A stretch of 64,000 nucleotides of DNA from Nageia nagi (GCA_050084985.1 JBITNC010000002.1:21018001-21082000), one strand, 5' to 3'. Shown: positions 10,346-26,210, counted from the stretch's first letter. The notes: a model not told the origin generated them from the sequence alone. A program made the numbers and translations.

Positions 10346-13300
10346 TGTTCGATATTATCTCAACAATAATCCATATGAAAGTGGAAATCAAACAAGCAAA
10401 GAAAATGACAAAAAACAAAATAGTCACATCTACCTGTATGCATCAAACCTATTTGATCTAACCAACATATAAATTGGTAAAAGATAACTAGTGGGTTGTT
10501 GGAAGAAGATGACTAATTGATTGGTTATTGTGATTGAACCTTTGCAGACTAGTTAAAAATAAAGATTCATAGTTATGATATTTTCATACATTGATCAAGC
10601 TCAAACATCAACATTATTCACTTTCATGTCAAGGGGAATAGTAAGGATGTTCCTCAAATTTAAAAACCAAGATTTTACAAAATCTTTTATGAAGATATCC
10701 ACAATATTATCCAAGGAATTATAATTCCTAAGCTCAAGTATGTTTTTCTCTAGATCATGTCACATATGAAGTGGTACTTCACATCAAAGTGTTTGGATTT
10801 TTTATGGTGGAATGGGTTTGTTTTTAATTAAATGACATTGTTGTTATCATAAAATAAGTTTTTTGGACCATAATATTTCTCACCAAGTCTTTAAGAACCA
10901 TCTTCAACCATAATATTTGAGCACTAGTACTTATGATTACAATGTATTCAGCCTTTATAGAAGAAAGGTAAACTATAGTTTTCTTTCCTGAACTCTATGT
11001 AATCATACTTGATCTAAGACTAAAATAATTTCTTGATGTAGACTTTATATCATCAAGATTACTTCCGTAGTCAGAATGACTAAAGTCAACATGTGTTATA
11101 TCATCATTCTTTTAGTAATGGATGCCAATATCATTTGTATCTTTCACATACCTTAGTATTATTTTTGTTTATTTCATATTTATTTCAAAAGGATCACTTA
11201 ATCCTTAATAAAAATGAGATGATATAAGAAAAATTAGGTCTAGAGTTGGTTAAAAACATTAAGCTTCCAACAACGATCCTATATATTATCATATCAACTT
11301 TTGTAAATCCATCATCCTTACTAAAAAAATCACCATAAGCTATTGGGACCAATTTAGAATAATCAATGCCAATATTTTTAATATATCATTGGTATCTTTA
11401 GTGTGATAAATGAAAACTTCCCCTCTCTTTGATACACCTTCATACCCAAGACACAGTGCATCAAACTAAGATCTATTATTTCACATTCTTACATCATATA
11501 TTTTTTAAAATCATTAATGAAATTTCAAAAAATACCCATGCAAATAAAATCATCAATATATATGAAAGTAACTAAGATTTTATTGTCTTATTTCATATGA
11601 TAGAGGCAAGGTTCATTCTTACTTCCTGTAAATCCATATTAATGTAAGTACCCATCAATTCTTAAGTATCAAGTTCTTATAACTTGCTTCAAGCTATACA
11701 TGACCTTGTTTAACTTGTAGAGTAGATTCACTTTTCCTTAGCCATTCAATAATATAATGCACTTTTGACATCTATGTGATGATTTTTTCAACCTTTGTGG
11801 GAATCCAAAGAAGGAACTAAATTTATAGTTTCCTCTAATTCCATTGGTGCAAAGGTTTCTTCATAATCAATACCATATATTTATGTTAAGCCCTTAGTTG
11901 TAAGTCTTAACTTATTAATCTCTATAGTCCCATCATTGTTATGTTAGTATTGAAGATCTGTTTGGAATCAACATACTTTTTCACCTTTTGAAAGATCCAT
12001 AAGCTCCCTAGTATCATTAGTTATGATAAAATTAATTTTATCTTTCGTGGCTTCCATCTATAAAATATAAGTGTATGCCTATTAATAACTAGATATATAT
12101 AGCTTAACACTAGTCATTAAAGCATAATTTAAAACCTTACCTCTAAGCTCATAATTATCCTCATCATAATATATATTTTATGTTTCCAAGTATTGTTATA
12201 ACTTTATCCATTTTTTGTACTTGACCTCTTATGAATCTTATTTTAAAATTGGTGTCTAGCATTTGAAAGGATATATGGCTAAAAAGTACCCTTGAACTAT
12301 TTTTGGTCTTCATTGCATTTGAATAATTACCATTATCATCATTTGCAACTAATTTTTGTTGGTTGGGTTGAACAATGGGTTACACTTTAGAAGATATCTC
12401 ATCACTAGATCTATAATGAACATGGAGCTTTTTATGAACATAATTCCCCCTTTATAAAAAATGACATCTCTAAAAACCACAACTTTATGAGTTTTTATAT
12501 TGTAAACTCCATATGCTCTAATATTTTTATAAGATCCTAAAAAACACATGCCTCACCTTTAAAAGCTAGGTTTCTCCTATTTTCATAAGGTACATGTGCA
12601 TAAGAAACAACCAAAGACTCTAAACTAATTTACATTTGGTTTCTTTTTATAGCATACCTCATTTGGAGTTATTCCATCTAATTTACTACTAGGACTTCTA
12701 TTCAAAATGTATATTGTTAACCTAACTACTTAAACCTAATACATATTTGTAAATTTTTTTATTTGAAACATGCTTCTAGCCATTTCAATAATGGTTCTAT
12801 TCTTGTGCTCAACAACACCAATTCATCATGGAGTATAAGCATCCATGAGTTAGCTTTTTGCTTCCACTATCTTTACAATATCAGAGGAATTCATTTAAGA
12901 AATATTCATCTCCTTTATTAGTTGTTAAGCATTTCTCATAGTATCCACTTTGATTCTCTACATGATTTTTAAACTTGTTAAAGCATTCAATTTAACCTTT
13001 AACTTTGATATTCAATATGTATACCTAATATATTCTTGAAAAATAATCTATATAAGTAAAAATGTAGGAATTCTTAGCCAACTTTCTATTTGCATTACCC
13101 CACATATGTCCAAATGCACCAATTGTAGTGGAGAGGAGGCTCTCCATCCATTCTTTTCCTATTACAACTTAACTTGTTCTTGATTTGTTTCCCAAATATT
13201 AACCTTCGTAAACTCCTTTGTGATCTTCAATCTTTGGTATTCCAAATACAATTTCTTTAGGTGTTGCAAATCTCAAACTTATGATATTTTAATGATCATA

Positions 13301-14340
13301 TATAAGATGACACAACCTAGAACTTTTATTTTATATTGAAATATTTCAATATCATTCATGTATCCTTCAAATTAAAATGTAAATAATCTATTATTTATCA
13401 TAAGGATTGTTGTGACTAGCTTATCACATTTATTCTTGTTAAATATTACACACTTTCCATATAAAAAATAGGCTTATAATTCTTTTTCATTTTTTAACCA
13501 AAACTCAAAAAATTATGTTTCAGATTGGAGTGTTGTAAATATCATATATTTTCTTTTTAATTTCTTTTTGGTGTACCTCCATAACTCCAATACCTTCAAT
13601 GTGTAAGGCCTTGTCTACTCCAACCTTAATCTTGGACTTAAACTCGTATGTGTTATCCATGGTAGAAAATAATTCCCTCTTGCTACTCATTTTGTTGGAG
13701 AAGCTTATATGAAGTAGCAATGTCTCTTGTAAATTTTGATCAAACTTTGCACAAGTTAAAAATAAGTTTAAGTATCCTTCCTTTTCTTCATAATGTGGAC
13801 TACTTCTACTACATTCCCTCTAATAGTGACCAAACATGTTATAATAGTAACATTATTATTTTTATTTCTCACCTTTTCTTCTTCTTCTTCCTTGAAAAGA
13901 ACCAATTCTTCCTCTTCCTCTCCCTTTTAAGTACATTATCCTCTCCCTTGGTCTCTACCTTAAACACTTGTGCTATATTTACACTCTTTGGATGAAAAAT
14001 CCTTTTCTTCAACACAACTAATATTTGATGATGTAGTTTCTTATATTCTTCATTAATTATATATTATGATAACCACATGATTCCATTTGGTAAGAAGAGA
14101 TTATAATACCTTATTCATAATAACTTTAGTCTTCACTTCATCACCAAGAGTTTTTATCTTATTTACACAAGATTTTACTCTTAACAATAGTGTCCTACAT
14201 TCTCTCCTTCATTCATTTTTAGGTTCTCAAAGTCTCTTTTGAATGTTTTAATATTTATTTGTTTCATTTAATCACTACCTTGTTATGCATCCTTTAATTC
14301 CTTCCATACATCTTTAGTTGTAGTACATAAATTGTTACTT
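10346..14340 (-). mobile_element. Degenerate Ty1/copia element (gag-PR-INT-RT-RH, probable 3' LTR ~10346-10613)
   Basis: Minus strand: IKTFKRDFENLKMNEGE (gag, ~14200-14260), SFSNKMSSKRELF (protease region), PLQLVHLDICG (INT, ~13100), MYSLKQ (RT, ~11690), KSKHFDVKYH and VDIFIK (RH, ~10690-10800). Confidence 0.88.
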
Positions 14341-15625
14341 GTTAGGACTACCTAGAAACATCTATAACATAGTTAAATATTTCTAGGTATAATGGGAGAA
14401 CAAAAAAATACTATTCTTATTCAAAAAATGAAGATTATCAAAATTTAGATACCTAAATATAGAATTTTACTAAAGAGTTGATTAGAGTGTACCTTCCTCA
14501 ATGTGTAAAAGAGGAACAATTATCCAATCATGTATAATATTAAAGACATTTTATACTTTCTCATATTACGGTACTCCACATATGATAACTTTGTGGTCAA
14601 AAATATCTCTTTACCTCCACCTCATAATCATAAATATATTAATTGAATTCCCTTATTGATATATTACAATAAGAAATAACATTTTTTTCTTTGTAATTTA
14701 GGAAGATAAAGAACATCTTGAATAAGGAGATCTTAAAATATTGGTAATTAGAGTCTCATAATATGTGTATACATTAGGATATAATACTAGATCTATCAAT
14801 AAAATACATTGATCCATCAATGCTATCATTTAATTCTTCAAAGATATATCTATGGAAACTCATATGACATCCAGCAAAAATATTAAGGAATCAAGTATCT
14901 TCCCAAGATGTAAATGAAGTATTCAACACTTCATCATTAATGGTAATATTACATTCAAAGGTAACAAAATGAACAAAATTAAAGTTTTTACTTATGTTTA
15001 CTTTAAACTCCTTTTTTTTTATTATCTTCAATTTTGTCCCATGGAATACAATATGTTTTGGCATCGTATCCTTTATTATCATAATAAGTACAATAAATAT
15101 TAGACCTCTCTCTTCTATCACCTTGATTAGGTCTACCCCTTAAATTTATTATTTCTCCCACAATCACACCTATTAATCTCTCCTCTAGAATAATTATAGT
15201 ATGGATTATTTATTTTCCATAAAACTCATAATGTATCAACGAGATATTGGATAGAGGGAATTTAGCAAGGACACAAGAATTATATATTTCTTTACATATG
15301 TAAAATTTATTTCATTCATAAAGGCTTGGATTTTTGAAAGCAATGCCATGGGATCATTATCCTTCAACTCAATGTTGAAAAATTTTAATTTCAATTGAAT
15401 TTGTTCTAATTTTGAATGAGAGTTAGACAAGTATCATAACTTTTCCAATGCATACCATACATCAACAATGGATTTTATACATATATTTACCTTATTACTA
15501 ATCAAAGAAATAATTAGAGTGTATGCTTTATTATTTTTATGATTCCATACTATGAGCTCCACAGCATCAATTGGTTTAATTGATGTATTATTTATAGAAC
15601 ATAAATTCTCTAAACTATAATTTAG
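14341..15625 (-). mobile_element. Second copia fragment (gag, zinc knuckle, protease), split by the chromovirus; short continuation at ~31925-32000
   Basis: Gag-like IELKDNDPMALLSKIQ, degenerate Zn knuckle YCTYYDNKGYDAKTYC, protease-region GCHMSF. WYRKVEHIL follows after 31925. Confidence 0.65.
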
Positions 15626-18600
15626 TGTAGCAACCCAACCAATTACACTATTAAGAATCTAATACAATCAAAGATTTTAATGAGATTAATTTTGAATTAT
15701 GTTATATGATGACTAATTTTGAGAAAAGATATACCTTATTTATGTCAATTTGATGTTGACTTTGATATTTTATGATACATGTTACAAGTTGACTCGACAT
15801 GGAAAGTTTGGTTAAAGACCCAAGGGACCAAGGGTGAGTTGGTGATGGGAACAAATTGGTAAGAGTGAGGAAATGATTAGCATTGGATCATTGATAAATC
15901 CTAATGACCATTATAGATCATATAGATGAATGACATAATCATTAAGCATAATAGTTGATTTTGATGATATATGCATGGATGTGTGTGTGTACTAATGAAC
16001 TTCTCTTGCAGGATGAAGGGATCATCATAGGTAAAAATGAGTGTTAAAAATTTTATATGCATTTTTGGAAGAGGCAAGGAATATTCCATTATTTGGAACT
16101 TTGAATTTTCACTTAAGGTTTTTAGTGAAATGGAGTGAAATTTGAAAGTTATAGTTAAAAAGGACCATTGTCATGTTGTGGAGATTACAAAGGTAGTTTG
16201 GGAGTTTGTGAAATTAATTGAGATATGATCCATCATAGCACATGTTGGGTGAATACTATCCATGGTTGTAGAGTTTGGCTTGGAAAATGATAATGCTAAA
16301 CATTTTTAACTAATATTTGATTATTGAGTCTCCATCATGGCTCATGCTAAAGGAATAGTGGCCATTTGAGCTTGAGAAGTTGCATCTCAATAAGGTGCAT
16401 TTACTGATAAATAATGGATCCTTATCATATGCAAATTATCCTATGTCTTCTTGTAACTTTGAGATTATAGTTTGATGGAACCATTTATAGAACATTCAAT
16501 GTATCCATTTATGTATATCTCTTGGCCATGGGTTTGATGGATTTATTTTTAATCAGATATTATGTTTTTGAGTGAGCAAACTTCTCCCTCGAGACTACAA
16601 TGGATTTATTTTTAATTAGATATAAAAGGTTTTCAATAAGTTTTAATTAATTAATAATTTTATTGATAATTCCTTAATTCTTGTTTTAGTGTTAATAAAA
16701 AATTTGTGATGATAAAAAATTTGTGATGAGTTTATAAAGGTTTAAATACATTATGGTAAACTAAGCATGATGTTTAATTTGATAAGAGGAAGTATGAAGA
16801 GAAGTAGATAATTTTAATGAATGTAGAAATATGGAAGTAAAAGATTTTATTATTTGGTTTACCCTAATTTATTGTATTCTAGTATCATTATGTAACAATA
16901 TTTATATGAAATGATACTTGATGAGATTTCACCTAGTAACTACTTAAGACTTATTGATATATGGCATAATTTATCGTATGATATGTTTCTATTAAGGTTT
17001 CTTAAAATGGTAAAGAAAGAAATCAAAATATAACCCCATATGAAGACAATTAATGAGTAACACAAGAACATTATGAGCACAAGGGTAAGGGATGATGAAA
17101 GAAATAATTTAGAATTACTATGTAAATTGTCGAGGTTAACTCAAATTATGCTTTTATCACAAATAATACTTTAGGATGGCCTTAAAAGTGAAGGAATAAT
17201 CTTAGTGCCCCTACATGATATTAGTAAGATGTAAGGAAATATTGAATTAGCTTGTATGTGTATTAGCCATAGGTGATATTATGAAACAATACTAACATCC
17301 CACGATGCTCACAAGCTAAGATACAATTCACATTATATAAAAAAAAGAATCCTTGATAGAAGAGAATTATTTGGTAATATTATATTTCCCATTGAAGTAT
17401 GGATTAAAGTTAAATAAAACCCTAGGGATTGATATTATTAACCCTAGGTACTTGTAAATGGAACATAGAAAAAGATTTAGTACATTTGTATTAATATGAG
17501 TTAATGAAACATAGTAAGATGCATAAATATTAAAGGAAGCAAAAGTACATTTTAACTACTAATAAGAGAGAAATCTTAATGTCCCTAAAGAAGCATACGT
17601 TAAGGGTGTAACCCATCTTTTGGATATCTACTCAACTAGGAGAAAAGGTTATCTAATATGATAAAGTTATCCTACACTAGATTGATAACAAATAGGATGA
17701 CCCAATGGGTCCTTAGATATTAGAAAATGGATTGAATGGGCTAGTCTAGTGGTGATATGATGATACCTAGAAAATAATTGGTTGAAGAAATTTTACTTAG
17801 TAAGTGTTACTTACCATTAAGGGAAAAGGGGAAAAATTTAATGTAGAAAACATATTCTTAGGAATAGTTGCTTCAAGTTTTTGAATAGAAATGGACATAA
17901 GTGAACCCTCGTATAGCCATAATAAAATGAATAATATTATATGGATCAAATAATGAAGGGTGAACATAAATCTTGAGAATGATTTATGTTAGAAAATAAA
18001 CCATAGTAGGATATAATAAAATTAAGATAAGAAGGGAATTTATGAATTGAGGGAAATGATATAGAATGTTCATTTCTCAAACTCTTAATCACTAAATGAT
18101 AAGAAAAAGGCATATACCTTGAGTGAGGACCAATTTACATTACACTTCCTTGATTGAAGTAGTTGACTTTAATATCATCTCAAGGCATGTTACTAGATTC
18201 TACATGTGATATTCTTATAAAGTAGTATTATATATGTAGCACCATATGTATAGGATAATTGTAGTACTTCCTAATATCTTGAGTTTATTCCTAGATAAGC
18301 TTGGTTTGAATCTTCTTGCATACATTATTTATCTATTACTTATTAGTTTAAATATGAAGGATGCATTATTATCATGTACTTAGATCAAGGTAATAGCTTA
18401 TGCTTGATATAAACATGGAACTTAGAAACCCTAATAATTGATCTGGGATCAATTATTTTTGGATCTATATGACATGGGTGGTTTTATTTTACAATCTTGC
18501 TTAAAATTTATTAGACTATACAACCAACTCAAGGGTATTGCTCCAATACCCATGGATCCCCAAGATAGGGGCACAAGTATGCCAAACCTCATGGTGAGTC

Positions 18601-19200
18601 TAGTCGATAGGTATAGGTAGGCTAGTGTCACATATCCTTAACAAGGTATTAGATGAGAGTAGCAATCGATAAAACTATGATTACCAGATAAGGGTAGTTT
18701 AGTATTCATACTACTTACAATTTAGCATATAGGAGTATGATGATTGTTCCATAGGTGATTAAGTTTACCTTCTCTCAAGGATGTTTTCCTAGGATAAATA
18801 ATCTTATCCTATGACTTAGAGGGTTATCATCGGGAGAGGATTCATAACATAGTGGATATATGTTTTCTCATGGGATATGGGCCCCAAGTAGGAAATGACT
18901 AGGTGATGATTAGAATGTCTATTGCATAGTTCATGAAGAAGGAATGGTGGGATGACATATGAGGCATATCCCAATAGGATAAACATTATGGAGTGAACAC
19001 CAAAAGAAATTTGATCAAGATTGGTTAATCCGAATTTTAGCCAATCTTGCCATATGAGTACTAATTAGCTAGTAGCATTGATATTCTCATGTGGATCACT
19101 TGGTCAATTCCTAAATCATTCAAGTGTTTAAACTAATAAAAAATAATTTAGTTCTAGAATTTTGGGGTTTGGGATGTCAAGAATAGGTGGTAGCATTATA
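15626..19200 (+). repeat. 5' LTR of the chromovirus (3575 bp)
   Basis: tgtagcaacc...ggtggtagcattata followed by the PBS; colinear with 26262-31919. Confidence 0.9.
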
Positions 19201-20688
19201 GTGGTATTAGAGCATCAAGTTCAAACTCTCAACCTACTACCCATGACTATTTTGCTATAAGAGTTTAAGAAGTTGAGATGAGTATGATTAAGTCTAATAG
19301 CAATACCAATTTGTGAACTCATATTATGGAAATCCCAAGATGCGTAATAAGAGCTTTGGGAAACCTACAATAATGTGATATAAATCACCTTCCCATGAAT
19401 GTCAATGCAAGGGAGGATCGAAGAAATGTTAGGGGATGGAATGCAAGGAATAAAATAATGAGGAATACTAATAGAAGGGTTTCCATTAATAAAAATGAGA
19501 GTTAAACATGTTATTACACCCAAAAAAAAGAAGGTGAAGAAGCCATCAGAAGGTTACAAGAGCAAGTGGAGGAACAATAAGAAATTATAAACAATCTACT
19601 AAATAAACAGGTTGAACCTCTAAGAGAAGAATCTATTCTAGAACAAGCAAGGCCTGAAGAGATGAATGACCAGATTTAGAAAAGAATTGAATAAGAATTT
19701 GCATCATACCTTAAGAAAACTTAGATCCAAAAATTGAATGGTAAGCAAGAAGGTGAGTAAGTTGAAGTATGGTTAGAAGAAGTAGAGACCTACATTGCAA
19801 TGAAGAATGTTTATTTGAAGGCCAAAATAATATGGGATATAAATAATATGGGATATATACAACTTTTAGGGTATTGCACTAGAGTGGTGGAATGAATACA
19901 AGATTGAGCACAAGAGCTGGTACCTAGAGAGGCTGAAATTTATCACAAAATTTTGTAAGAGATTCATTCCTCAAGTTTACTATGATATAAAGTATGAGGA
20001 ATACTACACTCTTTAACAAGGATACATGAGTGTTTAGAACTACCATCAAAAATTTGTTAGGCTACTCAAATACATCCATGAAGATAAGAATCATATGAAA
20101 TTCCATAGATTTCTTATTGGGTTGGATCCTAATATTAAGATTATGGTAAATGTATGGAATCCCAAAATGCTTGAAGAGGCATATAACCTTACTTAAGGGG
20201 AAGAAAGCAATTTGGGTATCAAGAAGACCATTGTGAACTATAATTTTCCAAATGAAAGATAAAAGGAAATCTATAATTAAAGTAAAAGTGTAGAGAAAGA
20301 AGCTTAGCATATGGGAGATAAAAATATCAAGGATAACAATCATAGTTACAAGGATGGTAATCCCTCCAAATTTGAGAAGGGGCCATTTAGAAATAAGGGT
20401 TATGAGAAGAAGGGTTTTGAGAGGAGAAATTAGTAGTTTTATAAGAAACATTATAACACTAGGAATAGAATGCAAGGTTTCAAGAACTAATTTTTGATAA
20501 ATATTTTAGGGTTTTGATAAATTATGGAGCCACAGATAATTTTATTTCAAATTCCTTAGTCAAGGATACATCAAAGATACTAGAATTTTTGATAAATGGG
20601 TGGCAAGTGGAGTTTGGATTTGGTCATAAGTACCCTGTTCGATAATGCTTTAGAGATGTTAAATTAGAATTACCTAAGGAGTTTATTA

Positions 20689-23198
20689 TGTGGGATTTGT
20701 AGGTGGTTCCTGTTGAGTAAAGTGACAAGATTATTGTCATTATTGTTAACACACTTCGTTTGGTTAGGTGGTTGCAGTGACAAGTTGTATCATGGATGCA
20801 TTGCTCAATGTTCAAATTTCAAATGGAGATGTGTATAGTGTTGCTTTAGTTTGTTTACACCAAAAAGCTAAATTTGCAAAAATTGCAATTCTTGCAAAAG
20901 TTGCTCAAAAGTTGTCAATAGTGCAAAATGTGTCTTTACGAATGAACATTGACACGTAGTTCTAATGGAATATTTTGGGTTTCTTGACATGTCATTCATA
21001 GTCTTAGAGTTTATTTTCTAGCTTATTTGCAGTGTCAAATCATGGTCATCTAGTTGTTGGTACCTGTTTGGGTCTTTTGATGATTTTTCAAAAGCATGAT
21101 GATTTTGCATTAGAGGGTGATTAGACATGATGATTCAATGTTGGACATGATGATATGTGTATTTCCAAATCATATTAATGTTGAATATGTTTGCATAGAG
21201 TTTGGAGCGATGGTTCTCTATCTCGATACCTTTCTTATTATTTTTACACTTTTTGACCTAATTACAAATTTAGCTTTGGAAACTTCTGAACTGATGTTTT
21301 TTTAACAAACCTATGAGAAGTTATGAAATAAAATTTTTACAGGTTGTAAATAAAAGTATAGTTGTTGTATGGTTTAAATTTTAGATCTAATTAGAGCTCA
21401 ACAAACAAATTGGTGATCAGTTCAAAATTGATTGGCAACAAGGTTTCCAATTTTGAATAGTTTTATTGGCAAAGTAATGGAATTTGTGTTGAAAGTGTTT
21501 CTCATTCATTGGTGTATCAATTTTTGAATTTGTTTTGTGTTACACCTATAAATCATCAATATGAACAACATTTTTCCTTCAAGAATATTAATTTAAAGCC
21601 CTAAAGTATGAGAATATTTAATGTGCACCAAACTAAGCTTGTGTTTGACAAAATATCTTCAAATCTTTAATGGAAGCCACTTTGCAAGATGTGTTGTACA
21701 TAATCTATGTAGATTTAGAACTTCAAAATTTGATATAATATATTTAGTTATGTGAAACATATGTCATCCAAATGTTATGTTAAATCCTGCACCTTGTAAG
21801 AAGTAGCTCTTCCAAAATGCCTACAGAGCTCTGTTTTCATATTTTTCTAGTTTGGAATGCAAAGTTTTTGACAAAATGCCTCTACACTTTGTATGGGAAA
21901 ATTATTTAGTTTTTTACATAGAGCAAGGTTGTGTCATGATTGATGAAATAACTCTTTAGTTCTTTGAACAAGGCCAACAAAGTGTTTGACAAAATACCAC
22001 CTGTCATTGAAGTACATCTGATAGTTACAAACATTGAGATTGAAAAGGTATTTTAAAAAATATATATATTACAACTATGAGAATAAGTGTGCTATTTAAA
22101 AAAAAAAATTTAGTGTGTGAGCCTTAATGAGAAATAGAAAAACACATGTGTTGATAGTTTTGAGTGGAGATGATTTTCATAAATTTGAAAGTTTATTTTT
22201 TTTGATGTGTTTCGTATATGCAGTTATAAGGGAATAGAAATTGGCCATTTAGGAAAGAGAGAATAATGCTATTTGAATGTGATGGAGCTTTGTGAAAAAG
22301 AGACCAATTTCTTTTAGTTGAGTAAAATATATTTACATTACCATTTTCCTCACTTTTTCATAGAGATTTATGAAAACATCTTATTCATATTTTGATCATA
22401 ACTTCTTCATATGATGTTTTTTTCAACTAAAATTTTGAGGGATGTTAATGAATAGAAAGATAAATAAAACCCAGAAATGGTTTAGTGATGTACAAAATGA
22501 GGAAAGAGAATTAATAAATTTTTTTGGCTATTGTTTTTAGACTTAGTTTTTGGTAACCATCACAAAGATAATATTGATTCCTTCATCTATAACAAACATT
22601 AGTGACATGATATATTTTAGAGTGATGGATATTTAGTTTTAGTATGATGAGATAATGATAAATATTCTAGTACATAAATAGATGACCATTTTGAGAGTGT
22701 TTGTGGATATGTATAAGATACAATTGAGTATGAGCAAATACAAGGTCAAGAGACATGGTTGGGTGAGCAAGGATAAGTGGAGTTCATCGGATTTAGTTTG
22801 GAGAGTTCAGATTTTAAATTTGAGTGTGATTGTGCTATGATAGTGGGGATTTAAATACAATGTGTGTGATGGTGTGATATTGAGAGGTAGACCACACAGG
22901 TTCTTATTGATACCATTCTTATCTTCATCTCATTTGTATTGCCAAGTCTATGCTTGGCATCAAAGTTGGTGCTCCTTATAGTTTGTGCTATTCTTGTAGT
23001 TGGTGCAATAACATATTATATTGATCATCCATTTATTTTTGGTTGGATTTGGATGGTAGCCCAAGAAGTCCATTAGCACAAGTGGTTTTCCCACACTAGG
23101 TTCCACTATACATCATGTGTTCTTGTACGATTGATTTGTGCAATTATTTTTATTATTTGATTTTTAATTACACTAATTCATCCCCTCTCTTACTGTCA
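20689..23198. mobile_element. Solo-LTR-like insertion (~2.5 kb) in the chromovirus protease region
   Basis: Interrupts ..VKLELPKEFI / IVPLASYNIILGMDWL. Starts TG and ends ctaattcatcccctctcttactgtca, an LTR-end-like motif. No pol motifs; TSD not clean. Confidence 0.55.
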
Positions 23199-23199
23199 T

Positions 23200-26100
23200 T
23201 GTAGAATAATAGTTCCCTTAGCCTCTTACAATATTATCTTAGGAATGGATTGGTTGATGGCACACAAATCTCTAATTGAATTTCAAGAAAGATGGGTATA
23301 ATACATTGATGTATCTCAAAACTAATACAAGGTGTATAGTGATCAAGAACCTTTTGAATCTAACTAGTTCACAACCATGCAAGTTAAAATAAGGACAAGA
23401 AAAAGAGAGATGATTTATGCTATTAAAGTTAAGGAAGTGGAGCAAGAGGATAGGAAGGTAGAATTACTAAATAAGTACCCTATATTAAGTGAATAGAAAG
23501 ATGTTTACCTAATATCTACTGAATTACCCCCAAAATAAGAATTTTACTTCTCAATAGATCTAGTGCTAGGAGTAGAACCCATTTCTAAAACCTTATATAG
23601 AATGAATACTATTAAGATGCAAGATTTGAAGGTACAATTGGAAGATTTACTACAAAAAATGTTGATAAAATCTAGTGTGTCACCATGGGGCACTCCTATG
23701 TTATTTATGAAAAAGAAATATGGAACTCTAAGGTTGTGTATTGATTATAGGATGCTAAATAAGGTCACCATTAGGAATATGTACTTTTACCAGGAATCAA
23801 TGATTTGTTTGACCAACTCAATGATGCTGCTATCTTATCCAAGATAGATTTGAGATCAAGATACCACTAATTGAAAATTAAGGGATCATATACCCATAAA
23901 AGGACTTTTAAAACTAAATATGGACATTATGAGTTTATGGTATTAGCTTTTGGGATAATGAATGCTCCTACAACATTCATGAACTTGATTAATAGTGTCT
24001 AATGGGAGTACTTAGATAATTTTATGTTAGTATTTTTAGATGATCACATCATATACTTAATAAATGAGGAGGAACATAGTAATCATCTAAGATTAACGCT
24101 AGAAGTGTTGAGAAGAAACTAATTATATGGGAAATTATCAAAATATGTTTTCTTTGTTTCCCAAATTTAGTATCTAGGCTATATCATTTGTGTAGAAGGA
24201 GTCTTAGTTGACCCAAGAAAGTGGAAGTAATAATGAGTTGGCCTGCACCAATAAATATGATTGAGGTAAAAAAATTTATGGGGTTATTTCGGTACTATTA
24301 AAGATTTTTCATGGATTTTTCAAAAATAGCCAATCTCATCACTAGTATTCAAAAAAAGAATAAGGTGTTCAAATAGATAGAAAAATGTAAAAAAGATTTT
24401 GCAACCTTGAAAGAAAAGATAGCATGGGTCGTCACTATCCCTAACCCACACCATGATTTTGTAGTATGTAAAGATGCTTCACTAGAAGGTTTAGGTGGTA
24501 TGTTATCACAAAATGGAAACCTAGTAGCATTTGAATCTAGAAAACTAAAAATGCATAAGTTGAACTATGCAACTCATGATCTTGAGGTGGCATTTGTAGT
24601 TCATGCACTCAAGATATGAAGATAATATCTTTTGGGGAAGCCTTTCAAACTTGAAATGGATCACCAAAGTTTGAAGCATTTGTTCACTCAGTCAAATCTA
24701 AATGATAGGTAAAGGTGATGGATGGAATTCCTAGCTGAATATGATTTTGACATTGAATACATCAAGGGAAAAGAGAACAAGGTGGTTGATGCTTTAGATG
24801 ACATTTCAATGCCATGACAAGAATTAATTTGATTTGTTTGACCAAGTAAAAGTTTTGTAGCAAGAAGACCCATATTGTAGATCTATTTGAGAATTGATAA
24901 GGAAGGGTATCCAATCATCCAAAGAATTTACTAAAAAAATGGCATTATTTATTTTAAGAATGGATTATTCATTCCAAATAAGGGAAATTTAAGAGATTTG
25001 ATCATGCAAGAAGCCCATCTTCCCCCATATGTAGCACATCTGAGAGGTACAAAGATGAGAGAAAACCTAAGATAGAGATTTTATTAGGATGGCATGAAAA
25101 AGGAAAAAGTAGAATTTGTGGCAAGATGTATTGAATGTTAGAAAGTGAAGGTAGAACATCAACATCTAGATGGATATATGTATCCACATGATGTACCTTA
25201 GCAGAAATGATAATTAATTTTGATGGATTTTATTGTTGGTTTTCTGAAAACTAGGTTCCATCATGACTCAATTTTGGTAGTGGTTTATAGATTAACCAAG
25301 GTAATATATTTTATGCCTAGAAACACCACTAATAATGCCCCTATAGTGGAAAATATGCTTGCCCATGAAATCTTTAGATTGCATGGATTTCCTAAGGTGA
25401 TCATCTCATATAGGGATTCTAAGTTCACCTCTCTTTTGGAAATCATTGCACAAGGTATTGAGATAAAAATTGAACATGAGTTCAGCATATCACCCAAAGA
25501 TAGTTGGGAAGATTGAACGAGTGAATAGAGTTATTGAGGACATGCTCATAATGTATTAGATGGAGCAAAAAACTAAATGGGAGGATTACCTCTACTTATT
25601 TGAATTTGCTTATAATAATGGATACCATTCATCTTTGGGAATGGTCCCATTCAAAGCTCTTTATGGAAGGAGATGCAAGACTCCTTTATTTTGGAATAAT
25701 TGGAGATGTTAAAGCAAATGGAGGTGCAATTAAAGTCCATTCAATGAAAGCTCAAGGAAGTTTTTGATCAATAAAAGATTTATACCAATCTCAAGAGAAC
25801 TCCTCAAGAATTTGCTATGGGTGAAAGAATATTTTTATGAGTTTGACTCATAAAAAGTACCATAATATCTATCAAATTAGATCCCCAATTTGTTGGTCCT
25901 TTTGAAATAGTAAAAAATAAGAGTCCAGTTGCCTAAAAACTTGCTCTGCTATGAAGTTTATCAAAAATGAATGATGTCTTTCATGTCTCTTTTCTAAAAA
26001 AATATGTTGCTGACCCCTCTCATGTGTTTGATTTTTTTGATATGTATATGTCATACCATCATGCTATTGAAGTTCTCCATATTAGGATCCTACATTTTAG

Positions 26101-26210
26101 AACTAGAAAATTGAGAATTCAAGAGATTAATGAATGTTTAGTTCAATGGGATAAGTACTTTGAATCATATTTCACTTGGAAAGATGAATCCACCATGAGA
26201 AAATAATTTC
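23200..26210 (+). pseudogene. Chromovirus pol remnant (PR end, RT, RH, INT, chromodomain)
   Basis: ORF fragments 23563-23847, 24407-24619, 25220-25516 and 25967-26206 with gypsy pol motifs. Confidence 0.9.

Noticed and set aside
15901-16089. Duplicated small ORF MEYSLPL... (also 26562-26750)
   Set aside because: Both copies are LTR sequence; the similarity is explained by LTR duplication.
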